Shown: positions 26,226 through 36,025 of the stretch, in pieces
Position numbering within the stretch: position 1 is the stretch's first letter
Layout of the letters: each line of letters starts with the position of its first letter
IMG/VR virus record: IMGVR_UViG_3300032323_000793
Coordinates: 31,395-95,394 of that record
DNA: 64,000 bases
Origin: a virus
Direction: 5' to 3' (one strand)
Position numbers and translations under genes: made by a program
Notes under the pieces: generated by a model
Told to the model about the DNA's origin: nothing
Database searches by the model: none
Seen by the model: only the letters and a program-made list of their open reading frames with translations

Positions 26226-27079
26226 ATTAGTTTAAGCAAAACTTCACTGTTCCTTATCAAACTCTGTTTGTTCATAACGTGAACATCTTGATTCTTAATA
26301 GAGATTGCAACGTAATCGTCGTTACCTTGATTAACTAAAAAAATCAATTTTCCGTTAGCATCTATATCTACTAACAGATCTTTATCTGTGGTTGTAGGAA
26401 TTGGTGGTAAACTTTGTTCTTTTGATTTACTATAACCATCTAATATGTGTTTAGCGACACTGAATGAAATATCGTTCCTGTATGGCCTAGGATAAAATCT
26501 AAAAAGGTCACAATAATAAGAATAGTTTTCTTTGATATAGTCTACTAAATCAAAGAATATTTTTGTATTTTCGTTTTTTGTAAAAACTACATTAGTAGCC
26601 CAATATAAATTAGGACCGGTGTCTGAAACATACTTATCTAAGGTTCCTACTCGATTTCCACCCAAATCAATCATCGATTCTCCTATCATTAAATCGATAT
26701 CACAATCAATATGAGACTTTAATCTATCTGAAAAAATTAAAAAGTCACTATCAATTAATAATGTTCTATCATAAGGAGTTAAGTTCCAAACTGAATATCT
26801 ATTATTATTGATAAAAGGAACATTGTCTATAAGATTACCATCGCTCAATGTTCTATAATTTTCTGAGTAGGGACGTTCAGTTATAATTATTTGATCAAAA
26901 ACAGATTCAGCATCTTTTATAGAATTACTACTGCTCATCCAATCCATGGTAGATTGGTCAGTGATTAATGAAACTGGCAGTTGAAGATGCTTCTTCGCTA
27001 GTCCTCCAGCAATTATAGACATAAGACTATAATCAACCTTTCGACTGTTGTGAGCAAAAATAACTATTCCTTTTTTCAT
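26222..27079 (-). CDS. GT-A nucleotide-diphospho-sugar transferase (GT8-like), paralogue of downstream gene
   Basis: TPYDRTLLIDSDFLIF (DxD), RNDISFSVA and HVMNK. Confidence 0.7.
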   Translation of the reverse strand: MKKGIVIFAHNSRKVDYSLMSIIAGGLAKKHLQLPVSLITDQSTMDWMSSSNSIKDAESVFDQIIITERPYSENYRTLSDGNLIDNVPFINNNRYSVWNLTPYDRTLLIDSDFLIFSDRLKSHIDCDIDLMIGESMIDLGGNRVGTLDKYVSDTGPNLYWATNVVFTKNENTKIFFDLVDYIKENYSYYCDLFRFYPRPYRNDISFSVAKHILDGYSKSKEQSLPPIPTTTDKDLLVDIDANGKLIFLVNQGNDDYVAISIKNQDVHVMNKQSLIRNSEVLLKLI

Positions 27080-27426
27080 AGTTCTATGAGTTTATCTACT
27101 GATCTAGATTTTTTTATTTTTTCATACTGCCTAAAATATTCATAAACCGCAGTCATATACCTATCTAAAATTTCATCTTTAAAGGTATTCAAATTAGAAA
27201 TTAAAATAGGGGTATCATTTGAGTCTAGGAGAGGAACATTTTCAGTTCTTTGGTGATCGATCAGGAGTTGAACAAACACTATCAAAGATTTATCAATTTT
27301 AAAAATGCCTCCATTATACCCGTAGGTTAAGTTAGCATCAATTTTCTCTTTGAGATTTTTACGTTCTAATGTTAGTGTTTGCCTAAATTTTGAAAAATCT
27401 AGGGCTTTGGCCAGACGTTCGTCCAT
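27076..27426 (-). CDS. hypothetical protein, first gene of the GT/radical-SAM operon
   Basis: 116-aa ORF with AGGAG RBS and a late promoter upstream. Confidence 0.75.
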   Translation of the reverse strand: MDERLAKALDFSKFRQTLTLERKNLKEKIDANLTYGYNGGIFKIDKSLIVFVQLLIDHQRTENVPLLDSNDTPILISNLNTFKDEILDRYMTAVYEYFRQYEKIKKSRSVDKLIEL

Positions 27427-27431
27427 GTGAA

Positions 27432-27475
27432 CTCCTATAAAATACGCACATTATTTATATGTGGTTTTATAGGAG
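27432..27475 (-). promoter_or_regulatory. T4 consensus late promoter TATAAATA in the loop of an RBS-sequestering hairpin
   Basis: TATAAATA on the - strand at 27459-27452. 11-bp inverted repeat 27432-27442 / 27465-27475 plus inner 5-bp stem 27447-27451 / 27459-27463. The 3' arm contains the AGGAG SD. Confidence 0.8.
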
Positions 27476-27481
27476 GAAAAA

Positions 27482-28453
27482 TTAACTGCCGGAAATAGAG
27501 CCTACTGTAGATGCGCTGCCGCCAACTAATATTGGTCCAGCAATAGCAAAACTGTTAGGAATTAATGAAGGGGCCAAATCGCCTCTAGCCCGTACTTGAT
27601 CTACACTTAATGTTAATGTTCCTGTGACTTCGTCAAAAGGAAGAATAGTAGTCGGTGTATGTGGAGATGTTGCAGGATCAACATAATTATCCTGCCATCT
27701 CACCGTTAGTATAACAGATGTTGCAGTACTAGTAGTTCCACTAGCCAATCTAGCCCGTAATACCCATGTGTTTGCAGTATAGGGACTGCTGGCCTGGAAT
27801 GACCAAACCTGTTGATCAGATGTGGTCAATTGCCAAAAACCAATATTATTGTATGTAGCGTTGCCGCCGGAGGCAGGGTATATAGTAGAATCACCGGCAA
27901 AAAAAGGCTGACCTGCACCGCTTAATAAACTAGACCATCTTTGATCTTGAAGGGTTCCTGATCCGCCCGATCTAGTGCTGGCAAATCTTATTCTACCGCC
28001 ACTATTAAAGAAATATCTACAGGCATTATTATCTGCAAAATTGATTGTAACTGTGGAAGTAACTAGAGAAGTCCAGTTAGTGGATCTTGATTGAGATCCG
28101 ATAGCCTCTGTAACAAACTGCCCTGAACCTAGATTAAATTTATTTGTTATTGCCTGATCTGCCAATGTGTTATATTGAAAATTAGGATGTGATGTTCCGT
28201 ATCTTATAACATCACCTTCATTAATTGTAGTAATACTTGGGGCTGAACCAGTTTGGTGTACTATGGCATTATAGATATCAAATCTTAAATTATCCCATTG
28301 TGCTTTAGTTACTGTGGCACCTGCCGATAATGCTGTAGGAGCATTTAAAGTTTGACCATATCCACTGCTAGTAGAACCTGGTCCCATGATACCAGAAATT
28401 TTAGTTCTAATATTGTTATAGTCCGTTACACTAATTAAATCACCGATTGGCAT
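27482..28453 (-). CDS. virion structural / tail fibre-associated protein
   Basis: S/T/G-rich 323-aa ORF (RYFFNSGGRIRF) at the end of the fibre gene cluster. Confidence 0.65.
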   Translation of the reverse strand: MPIGDLISVTDYNNIRTKISGIMGPGSTSSGYGQTLNAPTALSAGATVTKAQWDNLRFDIYNAIVHQTGSAPSITTINEGDVIRYGTSHPNFQYNTLADQAITNKFNLGSGQFVTEAIGSQSRSTNWTSLVTSTVTINFADNNACRYFFNSGGRIRFASTRSGGSGTLQDQRWSSLLSGAGQPFFAGDSTIYPASGGNATYNNIGFWQLTTSDQQVWSFQASSPYTANTWVLRARLASGTTSTATSVILTVRWQDNYVDPATSPHTPTTILPFDEVTGTLTLSVDQVRARGDLAPSLIPNSFAIAGPILVGGSASTVGSISGS

Positions 28454-28463
28454 TTTTTATTCC

Positions 28464-30209
28464 TTATAACACTAACACTTCTATAGTTTTGACGCCAACA
28501 TCTTGATCGCTCTGTAAAGCGATACCAAAAACATCCGGATGTTGATGGAAACTGGCAGCAATAGCACAACCATTTTCTGTAGCCACTAATCGATCGCCTT
28601 TGCGTACTGATCCTACTACCTTACACGGCACACGACCTTTTAATGCTATATATGTTCCACCTTCTAACTCACTGTTCATCATGAATGCTGGTGATTTAGA
28701 TACTATTCCAATGGCACGATCTCCAAAAACAGTGGCTCTAACTTCTGCTTCTCCGCCTACTGCTACTACTGTGCCTGGTTCATACTCACGATCTGTAAGA
28801 TACTTTTCTGCTAAGTCAGCATATCGAGCGGCTGTGGCAGTCCCGTCAAACAACACTGCAAATAAATTACCCGAACTATCTCTGGCTGCAATGGTATTAG
28901 AAGCAGCAATAGTTTTAGCAGATCTATAACTAGCATCTATATCTGTAGCACTGTCATCAATTTTTAATCTATCCGACTTATCTGCAATTCCAATAAATCT
29001 ATTTGCTGTAAGATTGGCTGATGCATCTCTGATAGCCACTGATACTGCTACCGCGCCAAACTCACTATTTAAACTGTTTAAAGTTAATGCATTACTAGCC
29101 GTTCCAGTAACTGAACCAATAACGTTTCCAGTGACTGTGCCGTTTAAATTTCCAATAACGTTACCAGTTAAATTGCCTACTACTGGGCCTGTATGTGTAC
29201 CAGATGTGTTGCCAGTTACTGATCCACTTAGATTTCCTGTAAATGTTGTAGCATAAACATTAGCCCAATTTTCTGTAGATGAACCTAAATTATAAAAATT
29301 GTTAGCGCCTGGCAAAAATCCTGTAGAAGTAACATAAAAATTACGTGCATCGCTGGCCGAAACTCTTACACGAAGAGTCAGCGGGCTGGCTAATCTAGAT
29401 TCAATGATTGGTTCGTCACCATTCTCTATTTTAAGGACTAGATCTTTACTGTATGAAGGAAAATTACCGCCAATAGTTAAGCCAGGATCTGAATAATTTA
29501 CTTCTGTATCGAATCGAACTTCGCCAGTTCTTACATATTCGCTGGCTAAAAAACCACCCAATCTTGCAGCATTTGATGCTGTTCCCCAATAGAAGTGATC
29601 AGTACTAGTAACTCCTGTAGACCCGTTAGTGTTTACAAGATTCAAACCTTTCTTTATTACAGTAAATCCAGTGATAGGATTCAATCCGCTATCTAGGGTA
29701 AACGCATCTTTGCTAACAATAGCAATAGTATCACCACCAGAAATAATTTTTCCTATGCTGTGATTGGTTCCTAGAGTATCTTTTACTACCTGTGCTGTTA
29801 ATGAGGCAGCACCTAATTCTGGGGTGGTTTCTGGTCCTATCAAAACATATGTAGAACCATTATAGGCATACAACTGTTCTGCGCTAGTATCAAACCAAAA
29901 ATCTCCTGCTTGAAGACCAGATGGTGCTGTTGCACCTATTTCTGCACCGCTGGCAGTCCTAAATCGACTACCGTCATAAAATCTTAACTTTTTATTACCA
30001 CTATCGTACCATATCTGTCCGGTTATTACCTTAGGCGGAGCACTGGTATTTGAGAAATTTTCTAATAAATGTAAAAAATTCTCGTTTTGTACTTCGCCGT
30101 ATCCTGCGTAATTTTTACCCACAAAACGTATGTCGGTGGTGGTATCAATGGTTCCGTCTTCTACAGAAACTAATCTTGTTCCATTAAACTTGTCTACTTG
30201 ATATGCCAT
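28464..30209 (-). CDS. tail fibre protein with C-terminal intramolecular-chaperone-like domain
   Basis: Shared fibre N-terminus (VGKNYAGYGE..NENFL.LLENF...GQIWYD), G-x3 repeats (GNLTGNVIGNLNG) and C-terminal ARYADLAEKY...ALKGRVPCKV. Confidence 0.75.
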   Translation of the reverse strand: MAYQVDKFNGTRLVSVEDGTIDTTTDIRFVGKNYAGYGEVQNENFLHLLENFSNTSAPPKVITGQIWYDSGNKKLRFYDGSRFRTASGAEIGATAPSGLQAGDFWFDTSAEQLYAYNGSTYVLIGPETTPELGAASLTAQVVKDTLGTNHSIGKIISGGDTIAIVSKDAFTLDSGLNPITGFTVIKKGLNLVNTNGSTGVTSTDHFYWGTASNAARLGGFLASEYVRTGEVRFDTEVNYSDPGLTIGGNFPSYSKDLVLKIENGDEPIIESRLASPLTLRVRVSASDARNFYVTSTGFLPGANNFYNLGSSTENWANVYATTFTGNLSGSVTGNTSGTHTGPVVGNLTGNVIGNLNGTVTGNVIGSVTGTASNALTLNSLNSEFGAVAVSVAIRDASANLTANRFIGIADKSDRLKIDDSATDIDASYRSAKTIAASNTIAARDSSGNLFAVLFDGTATAARYADLAEKYLTDREYEPGTVVAVGGEAEVRATVFGDRAIGIVSKSPAFMMNSELEGGTYIALKGRVPCKVVGSVRKGDRLVATENGCAIAASFHQHPDVFGIALQSDQDVGVKTIEVLVL

Positions 30210-30231
30210 TGATCAACTCCGTATATACACT

Positions 30232-30239
30232 TATTTATC
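30232..30239 (-). promoter_or_regulatory. late promoter (GATAAATA)
   Basis: Intergenic, 22 nt upstream of the ATG at 30209, followed by a GGAG SD. Confidence 0.6.
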
Positions 30240-30250
30240 GTACCCTGTTA

Positions 30251-32080
30251 TTAAACTCTGCCCACTACAATTTCAATAATTCCGTCTACACCTTCGAAAT
30301 CTTCCAGTGCTTTACCAATTACAGTGCCTATTTTAGGATCTATAGTAGGTCTAGCATAGCCGTTTCCGCCACTAACTAACATATCTCCTTTACAGATCTT
30401 GCCTCTAACTTTACAAGGAACTCTTCCCTGTAGTGCTAAAGCAACTACGTGATTGCCTTGCAATTCACTGTTCATTAAATATGCTGGATTACTAGACACA
30501 ACTCCTGCTATTCTGCGGGTTTCATCTTCTGCTACTGTAACTTCTTGACTGCCACCAAACTCTAAAACTGTGCCTGGTTCATATTTTGCATCTGCTAGAT
30601 AGTTTTCTGCTAGGTCGGCGTAACGTGCAGCAGTAGCAGTACCTTGAAATAGATTAGCATGAACTGTATTCCAGCGTTTAGTAAGAATACCTAAATTAGT
30701 CACATCGTCATTTTCTGGTATAAATGCAGGTGCGTTAGCACCTCCTAACGACAATGAAAGCGAACTATTAATTAATTTAAAATCTACATCGCCTAGACTA
30801 TTATCAATAATATTAAAAGCAATACCTTGCGACGAGGTATCTCTAATAGTAGGAATAGACACATCAATAAAAATGTCTAACTGTCCGGAATTACCTATAG
30901 ATACACCCGTGTCTGCCACGTTTAATTGGTTAAGAGTTCCTAGTTGAACAATGTTAGCCGCTAACTGTGTGCCAGTCAATGTATCTGCAGCAGCAGTAAC
31001 AGTGATATCAGCACTACCATCAAACTCTACTCCGTTTATGGTTCTAGGGGTTTTTAGTCTAGTTGCAGTAAAAGCATTACCGGATAGTTGCGCTCCTACA
31101 AACTCGTTGGCTTGTACTACATTGAAAGAACTTATACCTTCAGCAGTTGTTACATTACCTGTGACATTACCTACTAAATTTGCTGTAATTGTTCCTGCCG
31201 CAAAATCTCCGGCGCTGTCTCTGGCTACAACTTTACCTATTAAATTAGATGAACTAGCATCAACTGACCAAGTAACGGTATTTAAACCATTAAAATTGCT
31301 TCCTGTTAGATAACTACCTCTGTTTAGTGTACCTGTAGTCGATGACGTTATTGTTATATCATTTTGTCCATCAAATGCAATACCATTAATAAATCTTGGT
31401 GTTTCTAATCTAGTAGCCGACGCTGCGTTTCCTTCTACTGGGCCTATAAAATTATTATCAAAAGAAGGAAACGTATTTAGATTAACACCAGAACTAATTG
31501 TTCTCGATACTCCATCTGTATAGCCTAGGTTGTATTTGTTAGTAATATGAGGCTGTTCGTTGGCTCTGATAAGATATGACGAACTGGCTGTTATAGATAT
31601 AACTTTATCATCTACAACATTTAATATGATTGGTCTTTGAGTGCCGGTGGAATCTACTAAAAAAGTAGAAATAGATCTAGTTTCTCCAAATCCCTCAAGG
31701 CCTTCGGGCCCAACAAGATTCCATGCATTTTCGTTATAGACAAATAATTGTTTTGTTGATTCTTTAAACCATAATGTTCCAGCGATGCCTTCGGGGCTAG
31801 TATTTTGAATTACTGTTGACCCAACAGGTACCCACTTATCTCCTTCATAAACATTAAGAGTTTTGTTAAAAGTATTAAACCACGTCTGTCCACTTATTGG
31901 ACGAGATGGCGGATTGTTATTGGCCCAATTTTCTAATAGGCCTAAGAAATTTTCATTCTGGATTTCACCATAACCTGTATAGTTACGTCCTACCAAACCT
32001 ACACTTGTTGACGTGTTTACTGTTCCGTCTTCTAAGACTGTTAACAGTAACCCGTTGGTTTTATTAATTACATAAGCCAT
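30251..32080 (-). CDS. tail fibre protein with C-terminal intramolecular-chaperone-like domain
   Basis: Same N-terminal domain; two ATRL.TPR.INGV.FDG..DIT repeats; C-terminal ARYADLAENY...ALQGRVPCKV. Confidence 0.78.
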   Translation of the reverse strand: MAYVINKTNGLLLTVLEDGTVNTSTSVGLVGRNYTGYGEIQNENFLGLLENWANNNPPSRPISGQTWFNTFNKTLNVYEGDKWVPVGSTVIQNTSPEGIAGTLWFKESTKQLFVYNENAWNLVGPEGLEGFGETRSISTFLVDSTGTQRPIILNVVDDKVISITASSSYLIRANEQPHITNKYNLGYTDGVSRTISSGVNLNTFPSFDNNFIGPVEGNAASATRLETPRFINGIAFDGQNDITITSSTTGTLNRGSYLTGSNFNGLNTVTWSVDASSSNLIGKVVARDSAGDFAAGTITANLVGNVTGNVTTAEGISSFNVVQANEFVGAQLSGNAFTATRLKTPRTINGVEFDGSADITVTAAADTLTGTQLAANIVQLGTLNQLNVADTGVSIGNSGQLDIFIDVSIPTIRDTSSQGIAFNIIDNSLGDVDFKLINSSLSLSLGGANAPAFIPENDDVTNLGILTKRWNTVHANLFQGTATAARYADLAENYLADAKYEPGTVLEFGGSQEVTVAEDETRRIAGVVSSNPAYLMNSELQGNHVVALALQGRVPCKVRGKICKGDMLVSGGNGYARPTIDPKIGTVIGKALEDFEGVDGIIEIVVGRV

Positions 32081-32099
32081 TTATCGCTCCAATTCTTCA

Positions 32100-33938
32100 T
32101 CAAGATACAAACGACCAAGTATTACTTATAATCTGAAATGTTTTTACATTTCTAGATACAAGAATACCAGGTGCTGCTACAGTGGCTAATCCAAAAGCAA
32201 TACTGCTAACTCCGAATGCAGTACCAGTCGGTGTATTAAATTCAGTAGTACCTGTAGATAATAACGGATTAATATCTAAAGACGTAGTACCATTTACCAA
32301 TTGCGAACATAATACACGAGCAATAGTTCCGTTTGCATATTCAGCAGCAGGAGCCACTTGTTCAACTAATCCAGCAATAGCAGAGTTAGATATACCGTCG
32401 GAGATGTCCATACTCAAAACAATACTTCTGCTTCGTACTGTATTATCTACATAATTTTTTGTAGCAGCATCTTGAGCAGTAGTTGGGTTAGCAACGTTTG
32501 TAATTTTCTTACTGCCTAGGTTGAGAGTACCTGTACCGTTAATATCTAAAGTTAAATCTGTGTTAGGAGCAGTCACTTCAATAGTGCTGTTATCCATAAA
32601 CAAATCATCTACTGTAAATTGTGTTTGAGCACCGAAACTAGTTACACCCGGAATACTTGTGATCCCAGGTCCAAGCGATGTGCCAGATAAAACTGTTACC
32701 CCATTAATTTTAAATTCTTTTCCAGATGCTAAATTAATATGTTCTGAACTGTTCCAAGCGCCGCTGACTAACTGGGGCCATGCATCGTTATACCCATCGG
32801 CAATTGCTGCCGAAGAATTAGATGTTGCTACTTGGCCAACATCGTGCCATAAAAACACATGACTTGTAGCGCCTTGTAATATTACGCCGCCGCCTGCAGC
32901 ATTTCCGTCAGTAGGTACTGTATTAGTTTGTTTGGCTAATACTATATTTTTATCTTCAACTGTTAGCGTACTGGTATTGATAGTTACAAAATCGCCATTA
33001 ACTGTGAGGTCTCCCTGTACAATTAAATCTCCTCCAATATCTACTTCACTGCCTGGTATGCCTTCATAAAGATTTATTTTTCTTGATAAAGATCTAATCT
33101 TAATTGCTTGTTCAGCAATAACATCTCGTCTTACTGTTAATGTGATATCTTTATTAGACGCAATATTAGCGATTGTAAGATTACCATCAGAAATATTAAA
33201 TTGTCCTTGACTTGCATCACCAATAATCAATCCAAGATTTGAAGTAAGAATTAATCCACCATTAATAATGTTATTGGTATCATTTCTTACATAAGAACTT
33301 GCAGGTTGATTGCCTAGGCTGTCAGAATTAGTGGCTGTAACATAGAATTTCATTCCAGACAGTGTGCCAGAATTAAATCCTGGATTAATGTCTCCGGTAA
33401 ATCCTTGTATGGGCAATTTAGGAGTAAAACTATCTTTAGAAAATATTCCTAACAAAATACCGTTATTATACAAATAAGTAATAACTCGATTTTGATTAAG
33501 AGAGTCTAAAATGTTGGCTACTTTTAATCCGCTTAGACCTTGACTTTGAGAATAGTCGGGACCTAAAAGTATAGTGTTAGATCCGTCATAAAAATATAAT
33601 TGTTTATCAACATCATTAAACCATAAATCGCCAACTCCTAAACTTGCAGGCTGTGTGTTTGAGATAGTTGCAGAACTTACAGGAACAAAAGAGTTGCCGT
33701 TATAAACTTTTAATTTAAGTTCGTTAACATCAAACCAAATTTGGCCTCTAATAGGATTAGATGGTGCTGCTGTGCTGGAAAAGTTTTCTAGCAATTTAAT
33801 GAAGTTTTCGTTAATAGATTCGCCAAAACCGCTATAGTTTTTACCTATCAAAGTGAGATCACTACTGATAGTATCTATCTGTCCGTCGGCCACTGTTGCT
33901 AAAATTGTTCCGTCAGTTTTATTAATCGTATATGCCAT
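32100..33938 (-). CDS. tail fibre protein
   Basis: Same N-terminal domain. Contains GDLTVNG/TLTVEDKNIVL and NVANPTTAQDAATKNYVD fibre motifs. Confidence 0.75.
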   Translation of the reverse strand: MAYTINKTDGTILATVADGQIDTISSDLTLIGKNYSGFGESINENFIKLLENFSSTAAPSNPIRGQIWFDVNELKLKVYNGNSFVPVSSATISNTQPASLGVGDLWFNDVDKQLYFYDGSNTILLGPDYSQSQGLSGLKVANILDSLNQNRVITYLYNNGILLGIFSKDSFTPKLPIQGFTGDINPGFNSGTLSGMKFYVTATNSDSLGNQPASSYVRNDTNNIINGGLILTSNLGLIIGDASQGQFNISDGNLTIANIASNKDITLTVRRDVIAEQAIKIRSLSRKINLYEGIPGSEVDIGGDLIVQGDLTVNGDFVTINTSTLTVEDKNIVLAKQTNTVPTDGNAAGGGVILQGATSHVFLWHDVGQVATSNSSAAIADGYNDAWPQLVSGAWNSSEHINLASGKEFKINGVTVLSGTSLGPGITSIPGVTSFGAQTQFTVDDLFMDNSTIEVTAPNTDLTLDINGTGTLNLGSKKITNVANPTTAQDAATKNYVDNTVRSRSIVLSMDISDGISNSAIAGLVEQVAPAAEYANGTIARVLCSQLVNGTTSLDINPLLSTGTTEFNTPTGTAFGVSSIAFGLATVAAPGILVSRNVKTFQIISNTWSFVS

Positions 33939-33948
33939 GTTTTATACC

Positions 33949-36021
33949 TTAGAAGTTCGGTGGGCCCGAGCGAATAATATAGTTTAATGTTAAGTATGGG
34001 TTCATCACTGAAAAGGCCTGTCCCAGTGATCCTGCAGTCTTAACTCCACCCGATGTAGGAACATATTGTGTTTGACCAAGTGCTGTAGGGCCTTTATCAG
34101 AAAAAGATCCTGTATCTAAAGGAATAGCAGTGTCTAATCTAGAAGCATAATATTGCTGGCCTGTAGAACCTTTCATATTATGTTCGTGGTCAGGAAGGTT
34201 AGACACTGTTAAATTATTAGTTGATTGGCCGCCACCGTCTCCTAGATTATCAGGGGCAGTTCCAGAAACTCTATCAATATTTCCGCCACCTGCATCAACA
34301 TATCCGCCTGTGGTATTTGGTACTGTTATTCCATTGTCCATGTTGTCTCGGCCTAACGGAAATCTACCTCGCAGGTCAGGAAGCCTAAATGTTCCTACTC
34401 CTACTAAAGGCAATGCTCCGTTGTAAGTATTACCTATAACATCAAACAATAAACTATATTTGGTTTTTTCAAGTTCGCTACCATCACATAACAAATACCC
34501 GTAAGGAGCAGAAGCGCCAGCAAAAGGTATAATACCTCCGATTGGTACTCCTAGATCTCCAATGAATACGTCTCTAGTTTCTTTTAATAGGCCGGTACCG
34601 CCTCTGAATACTAGAACATAATCATCAGGCTTGCTGGTATTAGGAACCGGTTCATTTTTACTACTAATTAGTGTTGCGGTTAATGTAGTGTTGAAAGTTT
34701 TAGTTAAACCTCCAACCTGTCCGTCAAAAGATACATTAGGAGATGTAATATCTCCTTCAATTCTAAATGTAGTAGGAAATTTTAAATTAGTAGCCGTAGT
34801 TGCATTACCTACGATGTTACCTACTAAAACACCTTCAATATTTTCTGCTACAAGTGTCTTAGTTCTAACTGTTTTCCATCTTTTTGTAACACTACCAGAA
34901 TCATAAGTATCTGTAGTCTGTGGTTGAGTATTTTCAAAATTGGCTGTACCATTTACTATCATGCCTTCGCCGATCAGTAAATTTTTAGAAATTGCTGCTC
35001 CGCCTGCGGTTCTAAATGTGCCATTATTAAAATTAGTGCTTGGTGATGTACCAGTTAATATTAGACTTCCGTTCGTTCTAATATTTCCGTCAACATCAAG
35101 GGACTCTTCTGGAGCAGCAACATTTATACCTATCTTGTTATCAAAAACTCTTAATACAGTAGTCGGTGCTCCTTCTCTATTAATCTGTAAATCTATACTA
35201 GATCCTACAGAACTATTATAAATTTTTGCAGAAGTTTCAGAAGTACTAATACTAAAATTACTATTAACTCCAATTAAAACACCGCTGTTATTTCTAATGT
35301 TAATAGGAAAATCTGAAGTATTTGTTACATCTGTTCTCATAAATCGAGAAGCAGGAATTTCAACATCATTAATAATCAAAGACTCTGCAGATGTAGCAGT
35401 ACCCCATATTTTAGTTTCAGCAGCAATTTCACTTACATCATTTGAAGTAATATTAAATCCTGAGTTGATAACTGTAAAACCTGAAATAGAAATTTTAGGA
35501 GTAAATTTATCTCTACTAATAATAACCACTGGTACATCTTCGATATACAGAGTTAATACAACTCTAGTAATGTTGTCAGAGTCGATGATAGATTCAACCA
35601 AAGGACCGCTACGCAAACCTGTAGAAAATGTAGGTCCTACTAGAATCCATCTTGTACCAGAATAAACATATACCTGTTGATTAACTGTATCAACCCATAG
35701 TTCTCCTACTTTGCTTTCTTCAGTTGGAGGTTCAACACTGCTGGTTTGGATACTAGACGCACTTTTCCATAAAGTGCTGTCCCATATTTTTAATCTAGCG
35801 GTTCCAGTATCATACCATAATTGACCTTCAATTGGATTTACTGGTGCTGTGTCTTTGGCAAAATTTTCTAGGATGGCTAAAAAGTTTTCAGCAATAATCT
35901 GTCCGTATCCTGTAACGTTTCTTCCAGGAAATGTTAAACTAGTATCATTGCTAGATGTATTATCATAAACTGTTATTGGCAGTTTATTGTCTTTATCTGT
36001 AAAATTTACAATATATGGCAT
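33949..36021 (-). CDS. tail fibre protein with phage tail-collar domain
   Basis: Same N-terminal domain. C-terminal PIGGIIPFAG..APYGYLLCDG...FRLPDLRGRFPLG, NLPDHEH and NPYLTLNYII. Confidence 0.85.
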   Translation of the reverse strand: MPYIVNFTDKDNKLPITVYDNTSSNDTSLTFPGRNVTGYGQIIAENFLAILENFAKDTAPVNPIEGQLWYDTGTARLKIWDSTLWKSASSIQTSSVEPPTEESKVGELWVDTVNQQVYVYSGTRWILVGPTFSTGLRSGPLVESIIDSDNITRVVLTLYIEDVPVVIISRDKFTPKISISGFTVINSGFNITSNDVSEIAAETKIWGTATSAESLIINDVEIPASRFMRTDVTNTSDFPINIRNNSGVLIGVNSNFSISTSETSAKIYNSSVGSSIDLQINREGAPTTVLRVFDNKIGINVAAPEESLDVDGNIRTNGSLILTGTSPSTNFNNGTFRTAGGAAISKNLLIGEGMIVNGTANFENTQPQTTDTYDSGSVTKRWKTVRTKTLVAENIEGVLVGNIVGNATTATNLKFPTTFRIEGDITSPNVSFDGQVGGLTKTFNTTLTATLISSKNEPVPNTSKPDDYVLVFRGGTGLLKETRDVFIGDLGVPIGGIIPFAGASAPYGYLLCDGSELEKTKYSLLFDVIGNTYNGALPLVGVGTFRLPDLRGRFPLGRDNMDNGITVPNTTGGYVDAGGGNIDRVSGTAPDNLGDGGGQSTNNLTVSNLPDHEHNMKGSTGQQYYASRLDTAIPLDTGSFSDKGPTALGQTQYVPTSGGVKTAGSLGQAFSVMNPYLTLNYIIRSGPPNF

Positions 36022-36025
36022 CTAA

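Noticed and set aside
27432-27475. Rho-independent terminator
   Set aside because: No U-tract follows the stem on either strand, the stem is AT-rich, and it contains the SD and the promoter.
28464-36021. Diversity-generating retroelement or invertible tail-fibre cassette
   Set aside because: No reverse transcriptase or invertase in the window and no long near-identical template repeat. The shared stretches are short and explained by paralogy.
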